DNA of 32,000 bases from Pyrolobus fumarii 1A (GCF_000223395.1 NC_015931.1:750001-782000); one strand, 5' to 3'. Shown: positions 1-7,786, counted from the first letter of the stretch. The notes: generated from the sequence alone by a model not told the origin. Translations and numbers: made by a program.

Positions 1-55
1 GTTCCTCGTTGCTCATCGTCTAATAGAGGCGCTAGGCGCACACAATACTCTCATA

Positions 56-397
56 ATGGCGTTTCTGGCGAGAAGCTTAGTGTTCGCACAACCTCTAGTG
101 ACAGAGCATATACTCCCTCCACAACACCAAGCCGCACTAACATACATGTTGACCGGGTTGACATGGGCCATTCTAAACACATCTCTCAATACTGTTGCAC
201 TCGAGCTGCGGATAGGTGGACGCGGGACAAGGCTCGGAATAGCACAATCTGCCAGCGCAACAGGTCTCGTTATGGGAGATGCCGGTGCCAGCATAGTATC
301 ATACATCACAAGTGTGAGGCTATGCTTTGCAATAGCATCCGTACTGGAGATAGCAGCAGCCACGCTATACGCATGGTTCACTAGGGGTAAGAGGTGA
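56..397 (+). CDS. Hypothetical small hydrophobic protein (113 aa)
   Basis: ATG-initiated ORF preceded by in-frame stops. Codon usage (ATA, CTA, AGG) matches the neighbouring genes. Hydrophobic segments (LTGLTWAIL, CFAIASVLEIAAATLYAWF). No recognisable family motif. Confidence 0.4.
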   Translation: MAFLARSLVFAQPLVTEHILPPQHQAALTYMLTGLTWAILNTSLNTVALELRIGGRGTRLGIAQSASATGLVMGDAGASIVSYITSVRLCFAIASVLEIAAATLYAWFTRGKR

Positions 398-408
398 GGA
401 GAGGAGGA

Positions 409-514
409 TGGTGCCGCCGCGGGGATTCGAACCCCGGACCTCCCGGTCTGTGGCCCCGCACCCCTCACTGGGTGTGCGGATCAGCCGGGCGCTCTCCCGC
501 TGAGCTACGGCGGC
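409..514 (-). tRNA. tRNA-Phe (GAA), intron-containing, CCA encoded
   Basis: The reverse complement reads GCCGCCG-TA-GCTC-AGCGGGA-GAGC-G-CCCGG-CTGA[31-nt intron]AGA-CCGGG-AGGTC-CGGGG-TTCGAAT-CCCCG-CGGCGGC-A-CCA. All four arms pair. The spliced anticodon loop is CUGAAGA (GAA, G37). Discriminator A73 fits Phe. Splice sites were placed from a BHB motif (see intron feature). Confidence 0.85.
450..480 (-). other. tRNA-Phe intron (31 nt) at a non-canonical position, between anticodon nt 35 and 36
   Basis: BHB core: the 4-bp helix GGCT/GGCC is flanked by the 3-nt bulges GA|T and AC|A. Next to it is the intron helix CCGCAC(A)CCC/GGGGTGCGG with loop AGTGA. Cleaving after the second bulge nucleotide on both strands gives the CUGAAGA loop. 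The same rule reproduces the canonical 37/38 site in the tRNA-Ser of this window. Confidence 0.65.
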
Positions 515-546
515 ACTGTACCATTGATGGCTTGTGGGAGGTCCGG

Positions 547-554
547 TTTTATAA
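547..554 (-). promoter_or_regulatory. TATA box (TTATAAAA on the minus strand) upstream of tRNA-Phe
   Basis: An A/T octamer lies 33-40 nt upstream of the mature tRNA 5' end, in an otherwise GC-rich spacer. This is consistent with an archaeal promoter plus a short leader removed by RNase P. Confidence 0.5.
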
Positions 555-637
555 CATTACTCCCCTCGGATTTGAGAAACTACGTGATACTCCACACGAT
601 TACACACAAAACACTGCATAATACACCATGCATTACG

Positions 638-1075
638 TTATTGTCGATCCAAGCCTCGTAACCTGAGAACCTTCCACGTCACTTCGCGAAAAGCCTCAAC
701 AGCTCTAATCGCGTCTTGGATGTCTACATCGCGGCAGCGCTCTAGGCACCACTCCCAGGGGTGTAACGCATGATTCCTGACACACCTTATCGCTTGCAAA
801 ATACTCTTAAGTCTAGCCATATCCTCTTGTGATATCACCTGTAGCTTCCTGGCGTCCATCAGCGCCATACTTATCATTCTTTTTGTCGAGAGACTACATA
901 GCTTGCCTCTTCTACGTCTCTTTGGAGAGGATGCAAGTATTGCACCGGCATAAGCCTCTACGGCAGACGCAAGGAGTATAATCGAGAGGCTCTTGTCACT
1001 GAGTTTGCGCACCTCCTCTAGGAGTTTATCGCCACGCCTGGCTAGTGATACTGCTTTCCCTAGGGGCTCCGCCAT
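638..1075 (-). CDS. Small all-helical HEPN-like protein (145 aa) with an RNxxxH motif
   Basis: ATG start overlaps the stop of the upstream B3/4 gene by 16 nt. The C-terminal half contains LQAIRCVRNHALHPWEW, which matches the Rx4-6H / RNxxxH signature of HEPN (DUF86/HepT-like) domains. Size and helical character fit that family. The family call is by motif only. Confidence 0.6.
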   Translation of the reverse strand: MAEPLGKAVSLARRGDKLLEEVRKLSDKSLSIILLASAVEAYAGAILASSPKRRRRGKLCSLSTKRMISMALMDARKLQVISQEDMARLKSILQAIRCVRNHALHPWEWCLERCRDVDIQDAIRAVEAFREVTWKVLRLRGLDRQ

Positions 1076-1788
1076 ACTCCATGTGCCTCGCCACCCGCAT
1101 ACCTCTCTATGAGATTTAGTGTATCGCGGGCTGCTTTCTCGACTCTTTCGCGTGGCACACCTTCAACACCCGCAGCGACAACAAGTACGCTTCTAGTTTC
1201 GTCTTTAACACATGTGTCTATACTATCACGATGAGGATAGAGGTGCATAACAACGCCCTTGGCGTCGACCATTATCGGGATACCCGGTTTGAGCTTCTCC
1301 TCTCCGCGCCCGCCTATCGGACGAAACACCTCACCACCACGACTCAACGTTATACGCGCAGGAGGCTCGAACTTGTCAAGGTCATAGATTCCGATTGGCA
1401 CGAAGAGCCTAGCTGACACGACGTTACCTGCATCAACGACGTTGTTTATGCTCGGCAAGCCCCGGCCTCTTAACAGTCTCCGCGCCAGAGCCTCACCCGC
1501 AGGTCTAGTCTTGGTAGGATCTATGCCTATGCGCCAATAGAACTTCCGATACGCTTGGATGACCGGGTCGCGGCTTAGCTCCTCAGGCCTACCATATACC
1601 TGTTTAAGCTCTTCGGCTACACGGTCAAACTCTTGGAGAAGTTCAGCTGGTGAAGCCTCTACATGGACACCGATAACCACGCCATAGTAGACGTATATTC
1701 CTAGGCTGCTAGCCTCCGGCTCGACCCGCACTATACCCTCATACCTGCCGGCCAACCTCTTGCCACCACTATTACCTTCACAACACAC
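1060..1788 (-). CDS. B3/4 domain protein (stand-alone homolog of the PheRS beta-subunit tRNA-binding/editing domain, COG3382-like)
   Basis: Signature LPSINNVVDAGNVVSARLFVPIGIYDLDK plus the FYWRIGIDPTKTRP region are typical of B3/4 domain proteins. The track start at 1788 is GTG. An internal GTG at 1731 (VRVEPE...) is a plausible alternative start. Confidence 0.88.
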   Translation of the reverse strand: MCCEGNSGGKRLAGRYEGIVRVEPEASSLGIYVYYGVVIGVHVEASPAELLQEFDRVAEELKQVYGRPEELSRDPVIQAYRKFYWRIGIDPTKTRPAGEALARRLLRGRGLPSINNVVDAGNVVSARLFVPIGIYDLDKFEPPARITLSRGGEVFRPIGGRGEEKLKPGIPIMVDAKGVVMHLYPHRDSIDTCVKDETRSVLVVAAGVEGVPRERVEKAARDTLNLIERYAGGEAHGVWRSP

Positions 1789-2010
1789 AACCCACTAGTT
1801 TGACCCTAGTTCTTGTACGTGGAGAGAAGCAGAGAGCCCCCTTAGCTCATCCACACTCACACGGAGAAGCTCAACCATCACCGAATTAAAAACATTGATC
1901 CGAGGAAGTGCAACACACAGATTAGATGCCGTGAAAAATACGAGAACACAACTTCGCAACGTAATGCTTATGGGGAGGGTTGGAAGCTGGCAGGTGTAAA
2001 AGTGGAGACT

Positions 2011-2087
2011 GGGCCGGTAGCTCAGCCCGGCAGAGCGGCGGGCTTTTAACCCGTTGGTCCCGGGTTCAAATCCCGGCCGGCCCGCCA
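2011..2087 (+). tRNA. tRNA-Lys (UUU), intronless, CCA encoded
   Basis: GGGCCGG-TA-GCTC-AGCCCGGCA-GAGC-G-GCGGG-CTTTTAA-CCCGT-TGGTC-CCGGG-TTCAAAT-CCCGG-CCGGCCC-G-CCA. Perfect cloverleaf with anticodon TTT. Confidence 0.97.
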
Positions 2088-2091
2088 CAAC

Positions 2092-2523
2092 CTACCCTAT
2101 ATTCTCAACGTTACTCATCTTGACGCCATCAACATTATACACTATTGTTACGTTGGCGTGAGTAATGCCGTGCGGCGCATCCAGGTCTAGTATCACTTGC
2201 TGCCCAGGCTCTAGAGTTAACCCGGGTAGTATGCTCATTGTTCCTTCAGGAGTTTCGAGCGTGACATTTTCTATGCGTGCATCGTGACTACAGTAATTCC
2301 GGATGGCTAGCCTGACTATTGCTCCTTCACTAGTCTGTATTATAGCACTCGATGCACGATTGACACGTAGGCAGGAACCGTGCATACCAGTTATTTCTGC
2401 AAATGCTGCTATGCCGAGCAGCACTAGTATAGCTGCGCCCAATAGTATTACGAAGAATCTCGCACCTTCTAGGTTTGTGCTTACGTACGATTGTGGTGCA
2501 AGGGGCCGAGCCCCCCGCACCAA
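2092..2523 (-). CDS. Membrane-anchored hypothetical protein (N-terminal TM helix, beta-rich ectodomain)
   Basis: TTG/GTG start. Hydrophobic segment FFVILLGAAILVLLGIAAFA followed by about 95 aa of alternating polar/hydrophobic sequence. Last gene of a co-directional run (wHTH, NOP2/Sun, MobB, this gene). Confidence 0.65.
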   Translation of the reverse strand: MVRGARPLAPQSYVSTNLEGARFFVILLGAAILVLLGIAAFAEITGMHGSCLRVNRASSAIIQTSEGAIVRLAIRNYCSHDARIENVTLETPEGTMSILPGLTLEPGQQVILDLDAPHGITHANVTIVYNVDGVKMSNVENIG

Positions 2524-2627
2524 GATAGTCTCCTCTCCTGCTCTATACCCGTACTACGAGCCTCAACGGTGCAACCCTATGAGGCTTTACCCCTTGAAGC
2601 CCATTAGCACGGCATATCCACGATTTG

Positions 2628-3071
2628 TTACAGGCCGGTCATCTCCAGGATCCGGTGCGCCTCATGCTCTGGGTTAAAGCCAGGCTCTAGTTTCACGCTA
2701 CACGCGCTATCGTCAACGCCTATGCATACTATGAGGGCGCCAGCATTCCTAAGAGTGTCTATATGGCCGCGGAACCCCTCCACTATAAGCAGGTCTACAT
2801 GCTTCTCTTTCGCTTCACGCACGATCTCCTCTAGGCGCGCCGTCTGCGGCTCAACAACCATAGTCTCGTTTGGGCCTATGGCATAGACTCTTGCAGCACC
2901 GGATGCCAGGTAGCGCCCAGTATCTTTAACACGATAGTCCACTCCGTGGTGCACATGCTTAACAACCCATGTTTTTAGGCCTCTTCTTGAAGCCTCTCGT
3001 GTGATAGTCTCGCCTAGGAGTGTTTTGCCCACACTACGCCCCGCGCCCACAATCACGATTATGCGCAACAC
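2628..3071 (-). CDS. mobB: MobB-like P-loop NTPase (molybdopterin-guanine dinucleotide biosynthesis protein B family)
   Basis: Walker A motif VGAGRSVGKT at the N-terminus. The DLLIVEGF motif and the 147-aa size are typical of MobB. The start codon directly abuts the stop of the upstream methyltransferase gene. Confidence 0.8.
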   Translation of the reverse strand: MLRIIVIVGAGRSVGKTLLGETITREASRRGLKTWVVKHVHHGVDYRVKDTGRYLASGAARVYAIGPNETMVVEPQTARLEEIVREAKEKHVDLLIVEGFRGHIDTLRNAGALIVCIGVDDSACSVKLEPGFNPEHEAHRILEMTGL

Positions 3072-4355
3072 TCAACCCTCCTTCTCCAGAACAGCGATGA
3101 AGAAGCCTTGCGAGTCGTGCCTATGTGGGTATGTGCGTATGGCTCCGGGTAGTTTTGGCGATTCATCGCCAAACGGTGGTTTTATGCGCACAAGGTTCAC
3201 ACCACTACTCTCCCTTAACACTCTCTTGACGACTCTCTCTGCCTCGCTATAGGTTAGTGTACACACCGAGTATACTATTCGCGCCCCTGGCGCAGCATGC
3301 TCAACTACAGCTTTGAGTATCTGCCTCTGTATCCTAGAGTACATCTTAGCGTCGCCTCTGGTTAACCACATCTTGATCTCTGGCTCGTATTGCAGCCTTC
3401 CTATGTCGCTACATGGCGGATCAACAATGATGCGCTTTAATGGTCGTGTTGCTGGCCTTCTGGCGTCAGCCACCACGAGATCTATCACGTGCCCAACTTT
3501 CAACCTTGAGATTAATCCTCGCGCGCCGTACCTGCCTGTAAACCTCAATGGCTTAATGTCACACGCCACCACAAAACGAGCACCTAGCCACGCTGCATGC
3601 GACGCTTTTACCGCTGCACCAGCAGTATAGTCAACAGCCACTTCACCCTGTGGCTCCAACAAGTGAGTTACGAGTGCAGACGCCTTATCCTGTATAGTAT
3701 AGAGACCCTCCTCATACGCTTTTGTCTTTGCCGCGCGATCAGCACCCTCAACGATTCTCATTAGGTCTGGGAGGCGTGGATCAGGCTCTACTATCACGCC
3801 CTCCTCGCGCAACATTTTCGCCAGCTTTACCCGGTCAACACCAGGAGCAACGCGTATGTATCGTACTGGGTCTCGGTTCAAAGCCTCTAGGAGTGCATCC
3901 AGGTCGTACACGCCTGCCGTTAACAGCTCTTCCAGTATCCAGCGTGGGAAGGAGTACCTCACCGCCAACTTGTCGATACCGTGCAGGTCGGAAACGATGT
4001 CACTCGGTTTGACACCTTTCAGCTTGTAAACGTCTTCTGGCTTAAGCCTCGCCTTCGACGCGAGCTTTTCCACTCTACTTCTCTTCAGCTTCCCGAATAT
4101 CGCCTCATAAGCCAGGACACGCGCGAGCATCCAGCTTCTCGCGTGGCTCGGGGGACCATAGCCAAGTTTCTCGAGCGCATGGTCAAGCAACATGAAGTTT
4201 CTTGCAACGCCCAGTGTGAGAACACGCACAATGGGCTTCATGTAGTCTAGCTCTGGATTCCTCTCGAAGAACTCCTCCGCGACGCTCCTCAGGCTGGTTC
4301 TTCTCCGGACTGTCATCGCGAGTATGTACGCGGCTATCTCCTCGGGCAGCACCAT
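3072..4355 (-). CDS. NOL1/NOP2/Sun-family RNA cytosine-C5 methyltransferase (RsmB-like, 427 aa)
   Basis: Motif IV DPPCS (IIVDPPCSDIGRL), motif VI VYSVCTLT, and the C-terminal YPHRHDSQGFFIAVLEK typical of the family. N-terminal NusB-like helical region. Confidence 0.93.
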   Translation of the reverse strand: MVLPEEIAAYILAMTVRRRTSLRSVAEEFFERNPELDYMKPIVRVLTLGVARNFMLLDHALEKLGYGPPSHARSWMLARVLAYEAIFGKLKRSRVEKLASKARLKPEDVYKLKGVKPSDIVSDLHGIDKLAVRYSFPRWILEELLTAGVYDLDALLEALNRDPVRYIRVAPGVDRVKLAKMLREEGVIVEPDPRLPDLMRIVEGADRAAKTKAYEEGLYTIQDKASALVTHLLEPQGEVAVDYTAGAAVKASHAAWLGARFVVACDIKPLRFTGRYGARGLISRLKVGHVIDLVVADARRPATRPLKRIIVDPPCSDIGRLQYEPEIKMWLTRGDAKMYSRIQRQILKAVVEHAAPGARIVYSVCTLTYSEAERVVKRVLRESSGVNLVRIKPPFGDESPKLPGAIRTYPHRHDSQGFFIAVLEKEG

Positions 4356-4397
4356 TCTCTAGTCTCACCGCCAAATACCATGGAGCATCTGGGCCTA

Positions 4398-4646
4398 TCA
4401 GTTGCGCTCCCGACACCACTCCGGCATCTTGACAACCGTGTAGATTCGCGTTTTAGACCCAAGTCTAGAGACTATACAGAATCGCTTGAGAGGACACGCG
4501 AAGCATCCCGGCTTTACATTCTCCTCGCGTATATACCCTTGGGATAGCAGGAGGCCTAGTATAGCCTCTATTTTACCACGCGGCAATTTCAACGCAGCAC
4601 TCAACGCCTCCACAGTGTTAATCCCGCGTTTTATCGCCTTTAGCAC
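4398..4646 (-). CDS. Small winged-helix protein with a Cys-rich tail (FeoC-like wHTH, 82 aa)
   Basis: The pattern INTVEALSAALKLPRGKIEAILGLLLSQGYI is a typical wHTH. It is followed by CFACPLKRFC. First gene of the minus-strand run ending at 2092. Confidence 0.65.
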   Translation of the reverse strand: MLKAIKRGINTVEALSAALKLPRGKIEAILGLLLSQGYIREENVKPGCFACPLKRFCIVSRLGSKTRIYTVVKMPEWCRERN

Positions 4647-4724
4647 TAGACACTCTACGCTAGATATGCTAGAGTCACCCCCATAGCCTAGTAGCGTCTA
4701 TACCGGCTATGTAGGGTGTGAGAA

Positions 4725-5096
4725 GTGCCTAGATATCTTGTAGTTTACACGACGTACGTCGTGGCTGGCCACGCGCTGAAAAATCACAGCGGGCCGTGCC
4801 GCAACCCTCACGGCCACAATTACGTGGTTAGAGTGTGGGTCGAGAGGGTAGATCATAGTCTCGACAACTTGAACATGGTCATCGACTATTACATGTTGAA
4901 GAGGAGTGTTGACAGCGTGCTTTCAGAGCTAGACCATGCTAATCTCAACGAGGTACTGGGCGTCGACAATCCTACCTCAGAGCTTCTGGCTTCATGGCTG
5001 GCTAAGAGGGTGGCTGAAAAACTAGGTGGCGAATATCGCGTCGCAAGAGTAGAGGTATGTGAAACACCAGATTTCTGCGCCATCTATGAGCCTTAA
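4725..5096 (+). CDS. queD: 6-carboxy-5,6,7,8-tetrahydropterin synthase / 6-pyruvoyl-tetrahydropterin synthase family (QueD)
   Basis: Catalytic motif CRNPHGHNY (CxxxHGHxY). Size 123 aa. DHANLNE region. GTG start. Confidence 0.9.
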   Translation: MPRYLVVYTTYVVAGHALKNHSGPCRNPHGHNYVVRVWVERVDHSLDNLNMVIDYYMLKRSVDSVLSELDHANLNEVLGVDNPTSELLASWLAKRVAEKLGGEYRVARVEVCETPDFCAIYEP

Positions 5097-6019
5097 CTGC
5101 CAGCGCTCTGCGCCTGACGCGGAGGATGGTGAGCTGGCTGGTATGGTATGTATTCCACGCCAGGCCTGTTATACGGCGCCTGCGGGTATAGCTCCATTAG
5201 CTCATACACCTCGGGCGGCACCTCGGTTTTAACTGGCAAGCCGAGCTCCTTAGCCTTCTCCACCGTTATCGGGTAATCATGCGTCCAGCGGCCTTCAGTT
5301 AGTATCCTTGCAACCTCGCGTGCCTTCTCGAGACCCATCTTATCCCTCAAAAGCTCAACTATAAACTCCTGTACCTCGCGAATCGCCTTCTCCGCTATAT
5401 CAGCCATTATGAGTAGCTTGTCACTCACGTTCGTGATGCCCTTCTCCTTAACGACTCGAAGGATGCTAGGCGCCGGCACAGTGACACCTGGCTCGACGCT
5501 AAGCTGTGGGTCTAGAGGCCCCAGCACAGCATTCGGATCCATCAATATCTCGTCTGCCGCCAATGCTATCAGTGTACCGCCGCTCATTGCGTAATGCGGC
5601 ACTATCACTATCTTCTTGCCAGGATGCCTCTTTAGCGCCCTTGCTATCTGTGCGGCTGCAAGTACAAGTCCACCAGGAGTGTGTACGATCAACGCTATTG
5701 GTTTGTCGGGTGGCGTGGTGCGAATTGCACGTAGTACAGCCTCAGAATCGTCAATGTCTATGAACTTGTATATTGGTATGCCGAGGAAGTCCACGCGCTC
5801 TTGCCTGTGTATCAACGTGATTACTCGCCACCCGTACTTCCTCTCGATGCGCTTGATTAGCTCCATTCGCGCCGCTTGTAGCCTACTGTAACTCAACCAC
5901 GGTTGGAGTACCAATAGCAGGAGAAGCAGCCAGAACAATAGGCCAACGATGTCCACCGTTTGCATCCCCACCGGCGCCGTCATGACCGCACCTCTACATG
6001 TCCGTATATGCTTCGGCAA
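5093..6019 (-). CDS. Membrane-anchored ClpP/crotonase-fold serine protease (SDH / DUF114-type family)
   Basis: N-terminal TM segment (IVGLLFWLLLLLLVL). Core IALIVHTPGGLVLAAAQIARAL...VPHYAMSGGTLIALAADEILM is characteristic of the SDH-type Clp-fold proteinases. Start ambiguous (M1, M13 or M19). Confidence 0.82.
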   Translation of the reverse strand: MPKHIRTCRGAVMTAPVGMQTVDIVGLLFWLLLLLLVLQPWLSYSRLQAARMELIKRIERKYGWRVITLIHRQERVDFLGIPIYKFIDIDDSEAVLRAIRTTPPDKPIALIVHTPGGLVLAAAQIARALKRHPGKKIVIVPHYAMSGGTLIALAADEILMDPNAVLGPLDPQLSVEPGVTVPAPSILRVVKEKGITNVSDKLLIMADIAEKAIREVQEFIVELLRDKMGLEKAREVARILTEGRWTHDYPITVEKAKELGLPVKTEVPPEVYELMELYPQAPYNRPGVEYIPYQPAHHPPRQAQSAGS

Positions 6020-6092
6020 TTAAAAATACAATGCGAATGTTTATGATAGCGATTAATCACAGAAGTACGATTTGAGGAGTCTAAAAACGCAC

Positions 6093-7580
6093 TTACTTCT
6101 CAAGAGTTCCCATTATCACGAGCTTTCTTATCTTCTTGTACGGGGCTACCCTCGTGTTAACCCACTCCATTAGCTCCTCTGGCTTCACGCTACCCTCATA
6201 GCCAGGCTTTAGCCATACCCTTGCTGCCGGTATCTGGCCCACGCTAGGATCGGGCTCGCCATAGACCTCTGCTTTTGCGACTGCAGGATGTTTCTCCAAG
6301 AGTATCTCAAGGTCGCGTGGGAATACTGGATACCCCTTGTACTTCAACATCCTCTTCTTGACGCCACGGAAGTAGTAGAACCCTTCATCATCCCTCTCAA
6401 GTATATCGCCCGTCCAGAGCCACTCTCCACGGAAGGCCTTCTTGGTCTCCTCGGGCTCCGCATAACCCTTCATTACCATCGGACCCTTGATTAGGAGCAC
6501 CCCCTTCTCGCCTACGCCAACCTCACGACTCTCATCCTCAGGATCGACGAGCTTCGCCTCAACACCGGGTAGCGGGAAGCCCAGACTACCAATCTTATTC
6601 CTCTCTATCGTCGTCGCGAAGCACTGCGGCGCTTCAGTCATCCCATAGACTTGTAGTAGTGGCGAAACTTTCTCAATCCACGCTTTTTGCACCTCTGGCG
6701 GGAGATATGCACCACCACTCATTGCCCACTTTAGGCTCGGGAGGTTGTCTCGGGTTACACCCTTCTCGAGCAGCCTCTGATAGACGAGAGGTGCCGCCAC
6801 CATGTATGTCACGCCATACTCCTTTGCCAGCCTGACTGCCTTCTCTTCATCAAACCTCTTCATCATAACGGCTGTCCCGCCGGCATATAGTGCCGTGAAT
6901 AGAGCGGCATCGAGACCCAGCACGTGAGACAGTGGAGATGTGACTAGTGACACATCCTCCTCGTTTATACCCTCGGCTTGCGCGAGTGGCGCCACGGCAC
7001 CAACGAAGCTGCGGTGCGTGTGTATAACTTGGAGAGTCCTACCCACAATACCCGCATAGTAGAAGATGCGCGCATCAGCATCATACTCTACCTTTATACC
7101 GCCAGCCTCGAAACCTGCTAGAGCCTCCCTCAGCTTCTCAGCCAGGTATACCTTGCCACCAAGCTTGTTTATGATCTCGCGATCCTTCTCGCGACCATAT
7201 ACCTCAGAGTCCACTATCGTGGCTTTCGGCTTGGCGTCATTAAGCTGATACTCGAGGTCCTCCGACATGCTTAGCGCGTCAATGACGACCACACGGGCAC
7301 CAGCCTTAAGCGCGCCTAGGTAAGCCACCACAAACTCCGGCCTGTTGAACATTACTATCGCGACTACGTCACCCTTGTTCACGTTGGCTTCGCTTGCCAG
7401 AGCCGCTGCAAGCTTACCGGACAGCTCGTCAAGCTCCCCGTAGGTCAACTTTGTTCCATCCTCGTATATCACTGCTGGCTTCTCGGGGTTCCTGGAAGCG
7501 TGTCCAGAGATTATCTCGTGCATGGGACGTCCGGGGTCGCGATAGTTCGGACCCTTGTCCACAACCATTCCCTGCACCAT
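6093..7580 (-). CDS. ANL-superfamily adenylate-forming enzyme (acyl-CoA synthetase-like) with atypical core motifs
   Basis: A5 YGMTEA, A7 WTGDI and A8-like FRGVKKRMLKYKGYPVFPRDLE are present. The A3 P-loop is YYAGIVGRTLQVIHTH instead of YTSGTTGxPKG. The protein ends at ...KIRKLVIMGTLEK without the usual PxTxxGK A10 motif. Confidence 0.92.
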   Translation of the reverse strand: MVQGMVVDKGPNYRDPGRPMHEIISGHASRNPEKPAVIYEDGTKLTYGELDELSGKLAAALASEANVNKGDVVAIVMFNRPEFVVAYLGALKAGARVVVIDALSMSEDLEYQLNDAKPKATIVDSEVYGREKDREIINKLGGKVYLAEKLREALAGFEAGGIKVEYDADARIFYYAGIVGRTLQVIHTHRSFVGAVAPLAQAEGINEEDVSLVTSPLSHVLGLDAALFTALYAGGTAVMMKRFDEEKAVRLAKEYGVTYMVAAPLVYQRLLEKGVTRDNLPSLKWAMSGGAYLPPEVQKAWIEKVSPLLQVYGMTEAPQCFATTIERNKIGSLGFPLPGVEAKLVDPEDESREVGVGEKGVLLIKGPMVMKGYAEPEETKKAFRGEWLWTGDILERDDEGFYYFRGVKKRMLKYKGYPVFPRDLEILLEKHPAVAKAEVYGEPDPSVGQIPAARVWLKPGYEGSVKPEELMEWVNTRVAPYKKIRKLVIMGTLEK

Positions 7581-7624
7581 GCGGAGCCGAGGGCCCGGTA
7601 GGAGGCTTTAGGCGTGAAGGAGAG

Positions 7625-7742
7625 TGGCGCCGGGGGCGGGATTCGAACCCGCGCGCCCCTGCACGGGGCAGTGGGTCTCCCACCCTCTCGTAGCCGGAAA
7701 AGGTCTCGAGCCCACCCCCTTGGGCCGCTCGGGCACCCCGGC
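7625..7742 (-). tRNA. tRNA-Ser (CGA), class II, with canonical 37/38 intron, CCA encoded
   Basis: Reverse complement: GCCGGGG-TG-CCCGAGCGGCCCAAGGGG-GTGGG-CTCGAG[28-nt intron]A-CCCAC, then the long variable arm TGCCCCGTGCAGGGGCG-CGGGG?TTCGAAT... and CCCCGGC-G-CCA. The long variable arm and G73 fit Ser. The anticodon is CGA. Confidence 0.93.
7677..7704 (-). other. tRNA-Ser intron (28 nt) with a textbook hBHBh' motif
   Basis: The 4-bp helix CTCG/TGGG (two G-U pairs) is flanked by the bulges AG|A and AG|A. Intron helix CCTTTTC/GAGAGGG with a 7-nt loop. The anticodon stem GTGGG/CCCAC is intact. Confidence 0.85.
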
Positions 7743-7772
7743 ACCGAGGTATTCCTGGCCCGCTTCGGGTTG

Positions 7773-7780
7773 TTTTAATG
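7773..7780 (-). promoter_or_regulatory. TATA box (CATTAAAA on the minus strand) upstream of tRNA-Ser
   Basis: A/T octamer centred about 34 nt upstream of the mature 5' end, immediately after the stop codon of the upstream cysteine-synthase-like gene. Confidence 0.45.
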
Positions 7781-7786
7781 TTTCGT

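Noticed and set aside
13-468. 151-aa minus-strand ORF (MRGAGPQTGRSGVRIP...)
   Set aside because: It runs through the tRNA-Phe gene. The sequence is low-complexity (Ala/Ser/Pro/Arg-rich) and antisense to a better ORF, which is typical of a GC-driven spurious frame.
1795-2088. 97-aa minus-strand ORF overlapping tRNA-Lys
   Set aside because: Its N-terminus is simply the antisense translation of the tRNA. The rest lies in a promoter spacer with no coding signature.
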